Assembly (NCBI GenBank): GCA_000004695.1
Contig: CM000153.2
Coordinates: forward strand, 320,001-384,000
Length of the DNA stretch: 64,000 nucleotides
Direction of reading: 5' to 3'
Source: Dictyostelium discoideum
Taxonomy: Eukaryota
Shown: piece after piece, positions 24,037 through 37,689 of the stretch
Position numbering within the stretch: the first letter of the stretch is position 1
Layout of the letters: each line of letters begins with the position of its first letter
Made by a program: the position numbers and the translations under genes
Notes under the pieces: model-generated
What the model was told of the DNA's origin: nothing
The model's input: the letters and a program-made list of their open reading frames with translations, nothing else
The model's database searches: none

Positions 24037-24810
24037 AAATATTAATAAAATTATCTCATTTATTTAGTACAATCAAATTTTTCCTTTTTTTTTTCTTTTT
24101 TTTTTTTTTTTTTATAAATCTGCGCTTATTAAAATTATGGCTATATTTTTATTTTTTCTGGAAAAACAAATTGAAAAGGTTTTTTTTGATATCCAAAAAT
24201 AAAAGAGGAGAAAAGGGAAATAAGAAAAGATAAAAAAAAAGAGAAGAAAAAGGAGAGAAGAAAAAAGAGAGAAAAAAAAAGAGAGAAAAAAAAAAGAAGG
24301 AAAAAAAGAAGGAAAAAAAGAATTTGGGAGAATGATAGAAAGAAAAGAATTTGTTAGTCAATGTTTATTTTTTAAAGAGGAAAAAAAAAAAAAAAGAATT
24401 GGAAAAATTAACAAAAATAAATAAAACAAAATGCATATGTTGATATCAAATTATGGTTATATTATTATTACTATTATTATTATTATTATTAAGTTATTTC
24501 TATTTGTTTTTTTTTTTTTGGTTTGTTTTTTTTTAAACCTGAGATATTTTAATAGAGTGAGAGAAGAACCATAAAGAGATTTTATAAGAGAGACTAATAA
24601 AACAAACTACTACTACTAAACAACTGCCACTGGATCCTTGGATATAGCGCGATATTTTTTAAAAAAGAGAGAGAGAGAAGAAAACGATCGAGTTACTTCT
24701 TTTGTCGAGACAATCTTTTAAAAATGGAAGCCAACCACAGAATATTCGAGTAGAGTAAATGAGAATTTTTTGATTGAATGGTTGATTGGATTGATTGAGA
24801 TTGATTTTTG

Positions 24811-24846
<36 letters not shown>

Positions 24847-24913
24847 TGGATATATATATAAAATAACAAAAATATAATAAATAAATAAATATAAATAAAT
24901 AAATTAAATTAAT

Positions 24914-26023
24914 TTATACCTTTAAATCTTTGATTGATTCACCAACGGTAAGAACTCTTAAACTGTTGGTTTTACCTGGTACACCTTCCATAACACCAGA
25001 AACAATGACAACTCTTGAACCTTTTTTACATAAGTTATGTTTCATAGCATATTCGAGACAAGATTCAACGAGTTTATCAGTGCCGACCAATGATTCTACC
25101 AAGAATGGAATGGCACCTCTAGTGGCGAGTAAATGTTTAACAGTGTATGACCATGAAGTGACGGCAATGATTGGAATGGATGGACGATATTTACTGACGA
25201 GACGAGCAGTGAGACCGGTTTCAGTGAGTGTGATGATGAGATCAGCCTTCAAATCGATAGCGGTTGCGACGGCGTAAGAAGCAACGGTTTCAGCAATGCT
25301 GACTGGTTTGGCTGATGATAATTTAAGGGCAGCGAATAAAGTTTGATAATCAGTTGAAGATTCTACCAACTCTGCTTCTCTACAGATCTTTGCCATAATG
25401 TCTACGGCTTCGTATGGGTAATCACCGCTTGCGGTTTCACCTGAAAGCATAACACAATCGGAACCATCTAAAACGGCATTGGCAACATCGGTAGCTTCAG
25501 CACGGGTTGGTCTTGGATTCTTGATCATTGATTCCAACATTTGAGTGGCGGTAATTACTGGTTTACCGGCGGCATTACATTTACTAACGATCATCTTTTG
25601 AGCGACGAAAATCTTCTCCATTTGAACTTCAACACCTAAATCACCACGAGCAACCATAATACCATCGGAAACCTCTAAAATTTCATTAAAGTTATCAACA
25701 CCCTCTACGTTTTCAATCTTTGAAATGATTTGAATATCTTTACCTTTTTCACCTAAAATTTCTCTAATCTCATTAACATCATCTGCTTTTCTAATGAATG
25801 AAGCTGCAATGAAATCAACATTTTGTTCAACACCAAATTTAATATCAAGAATATCCTTTTCTGAAACTGCTGGTAAATTAACAATAGCACCTGGTAAATG
25901 TACATTTTTATTTTCACCAAGACGTGAATTATTATTAACTCTACAAACAACATGACTAATAATTAAAAAAATTAAAAAAATAAAGTATTAATATTAGTAT
26001 ATATTTATATTTATAAAATAATA

Positions 26024-26090
<67 letters not shown>

Positions 26091-26711
26091 TACCCTTTTT
26101 CTTTTTCAACTGCAGTAATAGATAATGAAATTACACCATCAGCAATTAAAATGTAACCACCAACTTTAACTGAATCTAATAAACCTTTATAATCGATTGA
26201 AATTCTAAATGAAGTACCTGGTTGATTCATATTGGTATCAACGAGGATTTCTTGGCCAACGAATAAATCAACATAACCACAACGATCTTCAATTTTACCA
26301 GTTCTAATTTCTGGACCTTTAGTATCTAACATAATAGCAATAATTTTACCTGTTTTCTCCATTGCTGATCTAACATTTTTAATAACTTGACCATGATACT
26401 AGTATAATTATTTAAAAAAAATAATAAAATTAATTAGTATTATTTTTATTTTTTTTATTTTTTATTTTTTATTTATTTTTTTTAAAAAATTAAAACGATA
26501 AAAAAAAAAAAAAAAAAAAAGTGTAAAAACTTACATCATGAGTACCATGTGAAAAGTTGAGTCTACAAACGTTCATACCAGTTTCGATTAATTTAATTAA
26601 AGCTTCTTCACTCATTGTTTTTGGACCAATTGTACAAACAATTTTGGTTCTAACAAAAGTTGAGGTTGGTGTATCTAATGATAAACGTAAATTACGTGAT
26701 AATGTGGCCAT
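24914..26711 (-). CDS. pyk: Pyruvate kinase, about 508 aa. Three exons at approx 26535-26711, 26094-26398 and 24914-25955.
   Basis: [59 protein letters not shown] | [34 protein letters not shown]... | [22 protein letters not shown]...[44 protein letters not shown].... These are canonical pyruvate-kinase motifs. A GTAAGT donor, a gtaaat donor and tatactag| and aattattag| acceptors bound the introns. The phases agree with the ORF frames. Confidence 0.9.
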
Positions 26712-27661
26712 TATTTAATGTATATGTATATGTATTTGTTAAAAAAATATTAAAAAATAAAAAAAGAAAAAAAAAAAAAAAAATTAAAAAATTAAAAAAA
26801 TTTTGAACACCAAAAAAAATAAAAAAAAAATAAAAAAAAAATAAAAATTTAAAAAAAAAAAAAAAAATAAAAAAAAAAAATTTATTGACTATCCCGAGGA
26901 TTTAATATTAAAAAAAAAAAAAAACAATTCATGACCAGCCCTAATCATAAAAAAACCACTAAAACATGCAAAGATTGAAAAAAAAAAAAAATAAAAATAA
27001 AAAAAAAAAACAAAATTAAAAAAAAAAGTTTTGAAAATATATTTTTTTTTTCTTTGCTGACCTGGACCCAATATTTTCGTAAAAAGACAACCACAACCCC
27101 TGTTCCTAATCGGAGTCGGTCAAAACACCTTCATTATAATTTTATTTTATTTTTTTTTATTTTATTTTTTAATTTTAATTTTAGATATTGATAAAAATGC
27201 AAAAGAAAAAAAAAAAAAAAAAATATTTTCGTTTTTATTTTTTTTTATTTTTTTTTTAGTTTTATTTAAAAAAAAAAAAAAAAAATAATAATTTAATTGT
27301 TTTATTTTTTTATTTTTTTTTTTATTTTTATTTTTGTTTTTTTTTTCATTTTTTATTTATTTTTTTTTATTCACTATCTATTATGAATAGCAGAAATTAT
27401 TCGATTGAAACCTCTTCAAATAAAATTATATACTTTTTTTTATTTTTTTTTTATTTATTTTTTTTTTTTTAATACCAAAAAATAAAATATCCTCTCGTTG
27501 TTCTTCAAAATAAAAAATAAAATATAAAAAAACAAATTTAGTTTTTGATTGAAAAAAAAAAAAAAAAAAAAAAATTAAATAAAATTAAATAAAGTTTTTA
27601 TTTTTTTATTTATTTTTTCAAGACTGACTTAAATTGAGATTATTTTTATGGAAATAATTAT

Positions 27662-28447
27662 TCAGTTGGATAAATTTCATAATATTCAATGGCATACTTA
27701 TGATGAATGATTTATTTTTAAATTAGTACAACTTTTTTTTAATCAATGTAAAAATATTGAATAATATAATATAATTATTATAACTTACTTCTCTAAGTTC
27801 TTCACGTGTAATACATTTGTCATCATCAGAATCCACATCTTCAAACATTGAGTTGGCAAAGACTTTAGCTTGAGCTTCATTTGAACCACTAGTAACAAAA
27901 AATTGTCTGGCCTCATCCCAAGTAATTTTATTATCTTTATTTGAATCAGCCTATAAAATTTTATTTATTTTTTTATTTTTAAAAATATTAAATTTCAATT
28001 ACTATGTTTTTATGGGAAAGATTAATATTTATATATTTAATATAAATATATATATATTACCTTAAAAATAGAATCAACGAATTTTTTTAAACAAGTTTCA
28101 GCTTCAATAATATAATCTACAAGTAATGCAGTTTTAACTTCATTAACCGAAAGTTTTCCATCTTTGTCAAGATCAAATAGTTCTAATAATGAATTGGTTA
28201 CCAAGGTTGGGTTTGGGTATTTGCATTTCTTGAACAATTCATAAAGTTCTTTCTTTGATAATTGGTTATCACCATTTTTATCACCTGCTTTAATCATTTC
28301 ATTCTTTAATTTAAAAATATAAAATAAATTTTTTTTTTTTTTTTTTTTTAACGTTAAAAAAAGTTTAACATATTAGTTAATAAATATTTAAACAATACTT
28401 ACTGTTGCATTTGTTAAATCTTCAAGAAATTCCTTTTTAGTAACCAT
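27662..28447 (-). CDS. Calcium-binding protein with four EF hands, about 163 aa. Four exons at approx 28403-28447, 28061-28304, 27795-27960 and 27662-27700.
   Basis: The EF-hand loops are [39 protein letters not shown] and [15 protein letters not shown]. Small introns with gtaagt or gtaata donors bound the exons. ORF 28037..28297 covers exon 2. Confidence 0.65.
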
Positions 28448-29226
28448 TTTTAATTCTTTTTTTTATGTTTAAGTTAATTTGTTAATAAAAAAAAAAAAAA
28501 AAAAATTAATCTTAAATACTTTTTTTTATTTTTTTTTTAATTAATTATTAATAATTTTTAATTTTTTTAATACCAATATTTTGAGCAGTTTGGCAGTTCA
28601 ATTGTTTACCAAGTTACAAATTTAGATTAAAAAGTGTGAAGTAAAAGGGTTGAATTTTTTTTTTTTTGTAAAATTTTGATGTGGGAAATAAAAACAGTTT
28701 TGGTTTTTTTTTTTTTTTTTTTAATAATATGGTATTATTTGATTATCAAGATTAAAAAATAGAACCACAGCCTCCCCCAATAAAAAAATTTAAATAAAAT
28801 AAAAAAATAAAAATATAAGAACCCACACCAAAAATAAAAATTATTATAATTCCCATTTTTTATTTTTTTATTTAAATTATTATATTCATTTTCTAATTTT
28901 TTACCCATTTAAAACAGTTTAAACAGTTTTCAAAATCACAAATCATCAATTGAAAACCTAATGGATCTCAATGGGGGTGGGTAAGAGTGTTTAAACATTT
29001 TTTTTTTTTTATTTTTTATTTTTTATTTTTTTTATTTCCTTATGTTGATTTTGTTTTTTTAAATTTAATTATTATTTTTTTTACAAATTGATTTTTTTTA
29101 TTATTTTATTTAAAATTATGTTGAATTTATGATTTTATATAATTTTATAATAACAATCTTAACTTCACCACTTTAAATCTAAGCACAAAACCCAAAATTA
29201 GAACTCCAGCCACCTAACAGTTATAT

Positions 29227-29227
29227 A

Positions 29228-29290
<63 letters not shown>
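29227..29290. repeat. Poly(A) tract of about 64 bp.
   Basis: Direct reading. Confidence 0.9.
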
Positions 29291-29293
<3 letters not shown>

Positions 29294-29611
29294 ATTAGAA
29301 TTTAATTATTAATATAAATATTATATACATATATTATATTTTTTTAAAAAATGTATATTTTTAATATTATTATTATTATTATTTTTTTTTTTGATCAATT
29401 CTTTTTTAATTTTTTTTTTTTTTTTTGTTGTAATTAAAATAATTATTTATTTCATTTTGATGTAAAATGAAAAAAAAATACATTCTGAATAATATATAAA
29501 ATAATGGTTTAAGTGATATTGATAATTATTATTATTATTATTTTTTTTTTTTAATTTATTTTTATTTTTATTTTTTTTATTTTTTTTTATTTTTTTTTTA
29601 TTTTTATTTTA

Positions 29612-30347
29612 TTAATCAGATTCATCAGAATCATCATCATCATCATCAGAATCATCAGAGTCATCAGATTCTTCTTCGGCAGATTTTAACCAATCGATAA
29701 AACCTTTACATTTCTTTAAATAAAAACCATCATCTTCTTCATCTCCTTCAATTTCTTCAGCCCATTCAAAGATTGCCTCTTCAGAGATAACATCATTTTC
29801 ATAGAGTTGATGTAAGATTGGTTGAAAGACCACTTTGAATTTCTCATTTTCATCACAAAAATCTTGAATTTTAAAGATAAGATCTACCATACTATCTTCA
29901 CTTGAGAATTTAACCAACAATGGTGAGAAAGCTGAGATTCTACCAGCGATAAATTGTTGCAACTCTTTTGGAGTGACACTATCGGTAGTTGAGGAGGATG
30001 ATGATGATGATTCCAATAAAACTGGTAAAATACTTGTTAAACAATCTAAACCATCTCTATCATAAGCGAATTTCAAACCATTGATTTCTAATTGAATATT
30101 CTCTAAAGGTAATTTCTCTATAATACCACGTCTAATTGTATCACCAACTTCACGATGAAATTTAACTGAATCAGGTTCAATTGGATTATCATCATTATTT
30201 TTATTATTTTTAATTTTACCACCTGATTTATCACCTTCATCACCAGATTCATCAGATTCAATATCATCATGAATTGAATCATTAATTCTTGGTACTAATT
30301 CATTATATAATTCATTTTCCATTAACCATCTATTTGTTTTATTATTT

Positions 30348-30378
<31 letters not shown>

Positions 30379-31949
30379 CATCATTTAAATTAATTTCTTT
30401 AAAATATTCTTCTAATAATTCTTCATCATCTTCATCTTCATTATATTGAGCCATTGTAATTTTTGAGAAAGGTTCTAATGTTTTCGATTGACCAATGTAA
30501 ACATTGAAACCAATGATTGAACCACGACCAATGATAGAGGATGATTTAATGATGGAACCATTGCAAATGATTGAATGATCAATGATTGCATTATCTTGAA
30601 TGGTGACATCATCCCAAATGTAGGAACCATTGATTTTGACATTCTTACCAATGATACAATTTCTACCGATAGTTGAATGACTAACGATTGAACCAGCGCC
30701 AATCTCAGTTTGAGTTCCAATAACAGTCTCATCAGAGATCAAACAATCACCCAACAATTTCACATTCTTCTCTTTGTAAATCATTTGACGGGATAATGAA
30801 TAACTTGAATTGCACATGAAATTGTTATCTGGCACCATTGGGAATGTCCAACGGTGAATGATATCCTTACTAACGGAATGGTAGGTACGTAAATCTTTAA
30901 CTCTTGCGGCGTATTCACCTTGTAAAACGTAGGCTGACAATTTGTAATCCAATAGATCACTGGTGAGAATATCGTGAATGAAATCCTTACGAATGTCTGC
31001 AAAATCAAAATTATCATTAAACAATGCCAATACCTCTGGTGAACAAATATCGATATGACAATCGATTAAATCATATCTCATTTGAATAGATGGATGTTTT
31101 TGAAACAATTCAACACTAATCGATGATTTCTTCTTACTTGGTGAATTATCATAACATACAACTTGCATAGTATCTCTATTACACCAAATAACTGTATCAT
31201 CTTGTTTACTTCTAGTTCTATGTGTTGATGATGCTTGTTTATATACCATAGTCATAATATTATTTTTATCTAATTCTCTTCTATCCCTAATTTATAAAAA
31301 TAAAATAAAATAAATAAAATATTATTAATAAATATTAATTTTATATATATATATATTGGTATATATGCTTATATTTATATTTACTTATGAATTTGTAATG
31401 CTTTTTGTAAATTCATATTTGAAACAACATCACCAGAGATTAGAATGAAATCTGATTGAATGACTTGAGCATCATAAACACCACGAAGAGCATCACCTGT
31501 AGTTCTACAATTTGAACCTGTCATACAAATTACTTGAACACCTGGAAGATCATGCCATCTTGATGATTGAATATATTCTTTAATTTGTGATGCATGTGCA
31601 CAACAAAATACAAATATTTGTTGTACTCCTGATGCTGCTAAAAATTCTAATGTATAATCTAATAATGGTATATTAACTAATGGTAATAATGTCTATTTAA
31701 AGAAAAAAAAAATAATATATTAGCATTTTAATCTTGAATTTCACCCCACCACCCCCTCTAATTGGGTTGAGTGTTTTTGAATTTTAATTTGAATTGTTTT
31801 GAATTTACTCTTGGTTTTTCTAAAGTGATTGGTGCGAATTTTCTATCAAAACTATCACCTAAAACAACTGCTTGAAGAATATCTTCACTTTTTAATTGAT
31901 CCATATTGGATGATCCACTTTGTTTATTTTTTTTATCATTTTTTGACAT
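29612..31949 (-). CDS. Translation initiation factor eIF2B epsilon subunit, about 700 aa. Three exons at approx 31806-31949, 31388-31694 and 29612-31286.
   Basis: Exon 1 gives MSKNDKKNK...ILQAVVLGDSFDRKFAPITLEKP. Exon 2 gives TLLPLVNIPLLDYTLEFLAASGVQQIFVFCCAHA..., the nucleotidyltransferase-like domain. Exon 3 carries hexapeptide-repeat (left-handed beta-helix) segments (IGRNCIIGKNVKINGSYIWDDVTIQD...) and a C-terminal W2 domain with acidic boxes (EEEIEGDEEDD, SDDSDDSDDDDDDSDESD). Confidence 0.85.
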
Positions 31950-32334
31950 TTTGTAAATATATATATAAATAAAACAAAAAATAAAAAATAAAAATAAATA
32001 TAAAATAAAAAGAAAAAAACTCTTTTTATTTGAAGGTCTTTCTCAAAAATTTAACAACGATTGAAAAAAAAAAAAAAAATAAAAAAAAAAAAAAAAAAAA
32101 AAAAAAATAAAATTTTTAATTTTTTTTTATTTTTTTTTTTATTTTTTTTTCATTTTTTCTAATCTGAAATTTCGATTTGAAAAGATAATGAAAGTGCAGA
32201 CTTATGAAAAAATAAAATATTTTTAAATTTCAATTTTATTATATTTATTTTATTTTAAGTAAAAATAAAAAATTGAAAAAAAAAAATAAAAAAGAACTTG
32301 TTTTATTTATTATATAAAATTATGAAAGTAATCA

Positions 32335-32388
<54 letters not shown>

Positions 32389-32481
32389 GTGGATAAACAA
32401 AAAAGGATATAGGTAAAACATTATTATTTTATTTTATTTAACTTTATATTATTATTTTTTTTTTTTTTTTTTTTTTTTTTA

Positions 32482-33822
32482 TTATTTTTGTTTTAAAGTG
32501 AATTTATTTGGAAAATGAATGATGGTTTGATAGACAATCCGAGAAACAAGTTCATTGGCCCTATTTTCCATACTTGGGATATCTTCTCCATTGTAGCGGC
32601 CACTCAACAAATAATTTAGATAGTTTTGATTTTCATTAAATTCCCTTTTAATATTTAGTTCGTAAGGACCAATAGATGCTGTAATTTCTTTACTGTTTAT
32701 ATAAGAATTGAAATAAGTTCTTTTATCACTTTCAACATGTGAAATTTCCATCTTTGTTTGATTTAAAAAATAAAAAGAATCATTGTATATTAAATTACTG
32801 GTAATGCTTCCATTGATTATTTTATTATCTGTACCATTTTGTTTAAAAATTGAAAGTAAATCTTGATTTTTAAACCAAGGTAATTCCAATAATTGTTTAG
32901 CACAGTACCTAGAATTTGGATCGACCCTAAGAGCATATCCCAATACTTCTTTACATTCATTTGATAAATAGCTATGAATTATTGGAAAATTATTAGAATC
33001 TTTTTTCAAATCACCAAACATTTCAAGAATGGCTAATCCGAAACACCAAATATCAGCTTTTCTTCCTTTTTTACCATTAGTGAAATTTTCCGGTGGAAGG
33101 TAATCATAGGTTCCTGCAAGAGAACTGAATATGGAGTTATCTGGTTCCCTTATTACTGACAACCCAAAATCAATTAATATTGGGTCATTATTTTCATCCA
33201 ATAAAATATTATTAATTTTGATATCTCTATGAATTATCGGATTTTCAAGAGAGTGTAAATAGTTGATAGCTTCTAAAAGCTTTTTAAATAATTTCCTACC
33301 TTCAGAATTTGTAAATGTTGGTGATTTTGCTATAGTTCTAAGTGTACCTTTTTCATAATATTTCATGATTATATAGTAAAACCTATCATCTCTACCCCAC
33401 CCAATTAATTTTATAATGTTTGGGTGGTCTAATGATTCAAGGATTCCGATTTCACTTTTAATCTAATTTTTAAAAATAAAAAATAATAAAAAAGAAAAAA
33501 CACTATTAGTAATAATTTTTATATATGATTAAAAATTAGGTTAATCAACTTATTTTACCTTTGATTCATTATTTTTAATTTCTATTTTTTTTATTGCAAT
33601 TGATTCATAGTTATTATTGTTATTGTTGTTATTGTTTATTAAATTTTCATTTTTTTTTTTTTTAAATAGTTTAACTTTCCCAAATGCTCCATTTTTAATA
33701 GAGTTACTAAATTGGTATTGATCTATGTCAAATTCAGATGAAAACTTCCTTTGAATAAAGTTAAATTCAGATGAAAACTTGCTTTTCTTATCCCCACCTT
33801 GATGTATTGTTAAACCAGTCAT
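32482..33822 (-). CDS. Ser/Thr protein kinase catalytic domain. Two exons at approx 33559-33822 and 32482-33462. It probably belongs to the same gene as the upstream SAM-domain ORF.
   Basis: Gly-loop NGAFGKVKL, then ...IKSEIGILESLDHPNIIKL..., HRDIKINNILLD, DFGLS and SLAGTYDYLPPE. The intron has a gtaaaataag donor and aaaaattag| acceptor. Confidence 0.8.
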
Positions 33823-33825
33823 ATT

Positions 33826-33840
33826 TTAGATAATACTAGA

Positions 33841-33905
<65 letters not shown>

Positions 33906-34212
33906 AAAGATTTTTATTTTTTTTTGTGTAAAAAATATTAAATGCTCTTTGAAATTTTATATTCTGTAAAATAGGTATTCCCCAGTCTTTTAGTACTTCA
34001 TATTTCATAATTTCTAAATAAGATCCATCGAATTTATGTTTATCAAATAAATCCATTACATCTTGACCAATATTAAAATCATTTATCCATTTTAATATTG
34101 TAGGATTATCCCATGCATCATAATTACCAACAGATAACCAGTCTACTTCATTACTTCTTGCTGCATCAAAGCTGGGACCAAGTTGATTATTTTTTGGAAT
34201 TTTTGGTTCCAT
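33826..34212 (-). CDS. SAM (sterile alpha motif) domain ORF followed by a poly-Asn run. It ends at a TAA that is in frame with, and 3 nt upstream of, the kinase ORF's ATG.
   Basis: SAM-like WLSVGNYDAWDNPTILKWINDFNIGQDVMDLFDKHKFDGSYLEIMKYEVLKDWGIPILQNIKFQRAF. By ORF-track coordinates the stop is at 33826-33828, one codon sits at 33823-33825, and the ATG is at 33820-33822. Confidence 0.7.
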
Positions 34213-35267
34213 TTTTAGTTACAAATTATAGGTTTGAAAAAAAAAAAAAAAAAATTAATTAATCAATAATAATAATTTTAATCAAATTTATATTTTTTTT
34301 TTTTTTAATATTTTTAATTTTTTTTTTTTTTAATATTTTTAAAAATATTTTTTTTTTTTCAATTTTTTTTTCTCCACCAAAAATACTTATATTTTTGAGT
34401 GAACTTAAAAAAAGTGTTTGATCTCATTATTCCTCAAACCATTGATCTGATTACAGAAACCCAAAACAACAAAAAATATCTAAATTTTTTTGGGTTTTTT
34501 GTAATTATAAAATTATAAAAATTAATAATAAAATTTTTTTATCAAAAAGATTCAAATAATTTTTATCGAAATGGTTTTTCTAATAAAAGTTGTATCTCAA
34601 AATTTTAAATAACACCCTAAAATTTTTTTTTTTTTTATTCTCTAAAAAAAAAAAGAGATCAACATAATTAAAAATAAAAAAATAAAATAATTTAAGAAAT
34701 CAGTATTTTCATTTTTTTTAATTTTAATTTTATAAAAATTTTTTATTGGTTGTTCCAATTTTACAAAACATCAAGTAACCAATTATTTTTTTTATTAATT
34801 TTTTTATTTTTCTATTTTTTCATTTAATTAATAGTTTATTATCTTTATAATTGAAAAAATTGAAAAATTGAAAAATTGAAAAATTAAAAAAAAAAAAAAT
34901 TATTGTATTTTTGGGTGCTCTATTTATTATACTTAATTCATCAGAAAGCAAATCAAGATAAAAAAAAAAAAAATAAAAAACTTTATATTATAAAAACAAA
35001 TAACATCCAAAAAATGATTTAATACAATTTTTTTTTTTTTATTTTTTTTGATTTTGATCAAATGAAATCAAATCAAAAAATGAAAAAATAAAGAAATAAT
35101 AATAATAATAATAATAATTTACATGTGAAAAATATCTCTGCCAAACGAAAAATTTGAAATGGGTTGAATTGGAACAAATTTTTTAATGTTCATAAAAGAA
35201 ATTCTAAAAATAAACTAAAATTTTAAAATAAATTTTTAAAAATATGAACAGTCATTTAGTTCGAATT

Positions 35268-35308
<41 letters not shown>

Positions 35309-35599
35309 CATTGTTAATTAATTGTAAATAAAAATGTTTGTTTTATAACACACTTAGAAAAAAAAAAAAAAATAAAAAAAAATTAAAAAAAAAAATAAAA
35401 AAAATAAAAATAAAAAAAAAACAATTTTTACTAAGATTTATTAAAAAATTGAAATATTTAAATTTAGATCTAAGAAAAAAAAAAGGAAAAATAAAAAAAA
35501 TAAAAAAATATAAAGAAAACAATTTGGAAACAATTTGTCAAAATCGAGTTTGCAGAGATGGGGTGAATTAATAATAAAAATAAAAGAAATTTTAATTGT

Positions 35600-35739
35600 T
35601 TAAAATCGGAATATATTATATTCACTCTTTTGGCATCAGTAGCAAAGAAAATATTTGATGGTAATTTTTTACCTTGATGAATCAAATCAAGTTTTAAAAT
35701 TGCATTTGCAAATTTATTTGGATCACCATTTGAAGTCAA
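35600..35739 (-). other. Orphan coding-like fragment (…SNGDPNKFANAILKLDLIHQGKKLPSNIFFATDAKRVNIIYSDFKQ) with no clear start or partners.
   Basis: ORF 35470..35739 has a real-looking composition only in its first 48 codons or so. The rest is low-complexity. No upstream exon could be placed. Confidence 0.2.
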
Positions 35740-36369
35740 AAGTTACTATGTCAAACTTCTTCAAAAAATGCCAATGTACTTCAATGGGTTAGTATCAAAC
35801 TAGATATGAATGCCAAAGTTGTCAGCTATACATCTATCCTACTTGACTCTATTATTATCACCAAAATATTAATATTAAAAAAAATAATAATAAAAAAAAA
35901 AAATTAAAAAATAATTTATAACCCACAAAATAAAATTAAAATACATGTAAAAAAATAATAACCCCCTTTACATAAAATAGATAATTTCTTAATTTAGAAT
36001 TTTAAAACAAAAGAAAAATAAAAACAATGAACCCTCAAATAAAAAAAAAAATAATAATAATTATAGTAATAATAACTAAAAACAAAAATAAAAAATAAAA
36101 TATCCACTTAAACAAAAATTAAATTTATATGATTATATAAAATAATTTTTTTTTTTTAATCCTGTTTTTAATGAAATATTAGAAATTTTTCCAATATCCA
36201 TTACAAAATTTTTAAAAAGTGTTTTTATTATTTTATTTTTTTTTTTTGACACTAATTTTAAAAAAAAAAATTTAAATTAAAATTAAAATTAAAATTAAAA
36301 TTATTATAAATAAAAAAAAAAAATGATAAAATAAAAAAAAAAAAATAACATTTAAAGATAAAAAAAAAA

Positions 36370-37076
36370 ATGATTGGGAGAATTAGTTCTAAAACCACTG
36401 CATTATTTATTTGTGATATCCAGACAAGCTTTTTAAAAACTGTTACCCAAATTGAGGAATTAATAATAAATAATAAAAGCCTGGTATTTATTTATGAAAA
36501 AAAAAAAAAAAATAAAAAAAAAATAAAAAAAAAATAAAAAAATTTAAATTTCCATATATTAATAATTTTTTTATTCTTTTTCAAAAGATGGATTCATGTT
36601 TAGAATTTAAAATTCCAATTATAATGACACAGCATGATAAAAATTTATTTGGTGAAATTGTTGAACCATTGAGATATTCTTCTTCTTCTTCTTCTTCATT
36701 ATCAAATGTTATGGTATTTGACAAAATAGCATATTCGATGTATACTAAGGAATTGGCTCAATATGTGAAAGAAAATTTACCAAATTTAAAATCAGTTATA
36801 TTAACAGGTTTAGAATCACATGTTTGTGTACTTCAAACAGCATTGGATTTATTAGAAAACGGATACGAAGTTCATGTTATAGATGATGCAACAACATCGG
36901 TACAACCGAAAGAATATAAATCTTCACTTAAACGTATGAAACAATCTGGTGTTTTTTTAACTTCAACTGAAACTGTAATTTATCAAATTCTTCAAAGTGA
37001 TAATCATCCAAAATTTAAAAAAATCGATGAATTAATTGTTAAAAGATTATTTCAAATAAATAATATAAATAAATAA
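36370..37076 (+). CDS. Isochorismatase-family hydrolase (ISOC2-like), about 200 aa. Two exons at approx 36370-36483 and 36588-37076.
   Basis: MIGRISSKTTALFICDIQTSFLKTVTQIEELIINNKSL | MDSCLEFKIPIIMTQHDKNLFGEIVEPL...VILTGLESHVCVLQTALDLLENGYEVHVIDDATTSVQPKEYKSSLKRMKQSGVFLTSTETVIYQIL. It aligns with ISOC2 (ALFICDMQ..., ...GIEAHVCVLQTTLDLL..., ...RMRQSGAFLSTSE). The intron has a gtatttat donor and caaaag| acceptor. Confidence 0.75.
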
Positions 37077-37249
37077 TAATAAACTTTTAAAAATAAAAAT
37101 ATCCAAAGATAATTATTTCATTTTTTTATTTTTTTTATTTTAACACTTTGCAGTGCGAAAATATTTATTTGGAATTTTCTTTGCTTTTTAAAAAAACCAC
37201 ATTTTTTCAATTTCTTATGAGAAATTTTTTTTTTTTTTTTTTTATAAAA

Positions 37250-37356
37250 AAAAAAAAAATAAAGAGTAAAGAGAAACAAGGATTATTAGATACTATAAAT
37301 GAATTAAAAACAGAGATAATACAATTAAAATCAAAAATTTCAATTCTAGAATGTAC

Positions 37357-37449
<93 letters not shown>

Positions 37450-37573
37450 TAATAATAATGATAATAGTAATAAAGATGTTGATACTGAGAAAGATATAGA
37501 TACAAAAATGGAGGAATTAAAGAATAAATATATAAAGATATTAAAAAAATTGCAAAATCGAAATATGGTATAA
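37250..37573 (+). CDS. Possible small coiled-coil protein with a poly-Asn tract (…LLDTINELKTEIIQLKSKISILECTV-(N)n-…EELKNKYIKILKKLQNRNMV). The start is uncertain.
   Basis: ORF 37148..37573. The upstream part is low-complexity. Confidence 0.3.
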
Positions 37574-37689
37574 AAGCAACACCAAAATAGTCAATTTTAT
37601 TAGAAAGTATTATTATTAATAATAATTATTTTGGAAAGTTTATAAAAATAAATATTTAAATAGACAAATTTTTAATCATGTATATACAG

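Noticed and set aside
24540-24800. Moderately complex sequence downstream of pyruvate kinase, containing gccactggatccttggatatagcgcg and a short MEANHRIFE* ORF.
   Set aside because: It is most simply the 3' UTR and downstream region of pyk. It has no convincing coding frame or RNA structure.
24930-25277. 115-aa plus-strand ORF inside the pyruvate-kinase exon.
   Set aside because: It is antisense to a strongly supported conserved gene, and its GC-rich composition is a mirror of the real frame. It has no independent support.
30475-31017. Minus-strand alternative-frame ORFs of 85 and 78 aa overlapping eIF2B-epsilon exon 3.
   Set aside because: They are alternative frames of a conserved CDS and are low-complexity. 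They are spurious.
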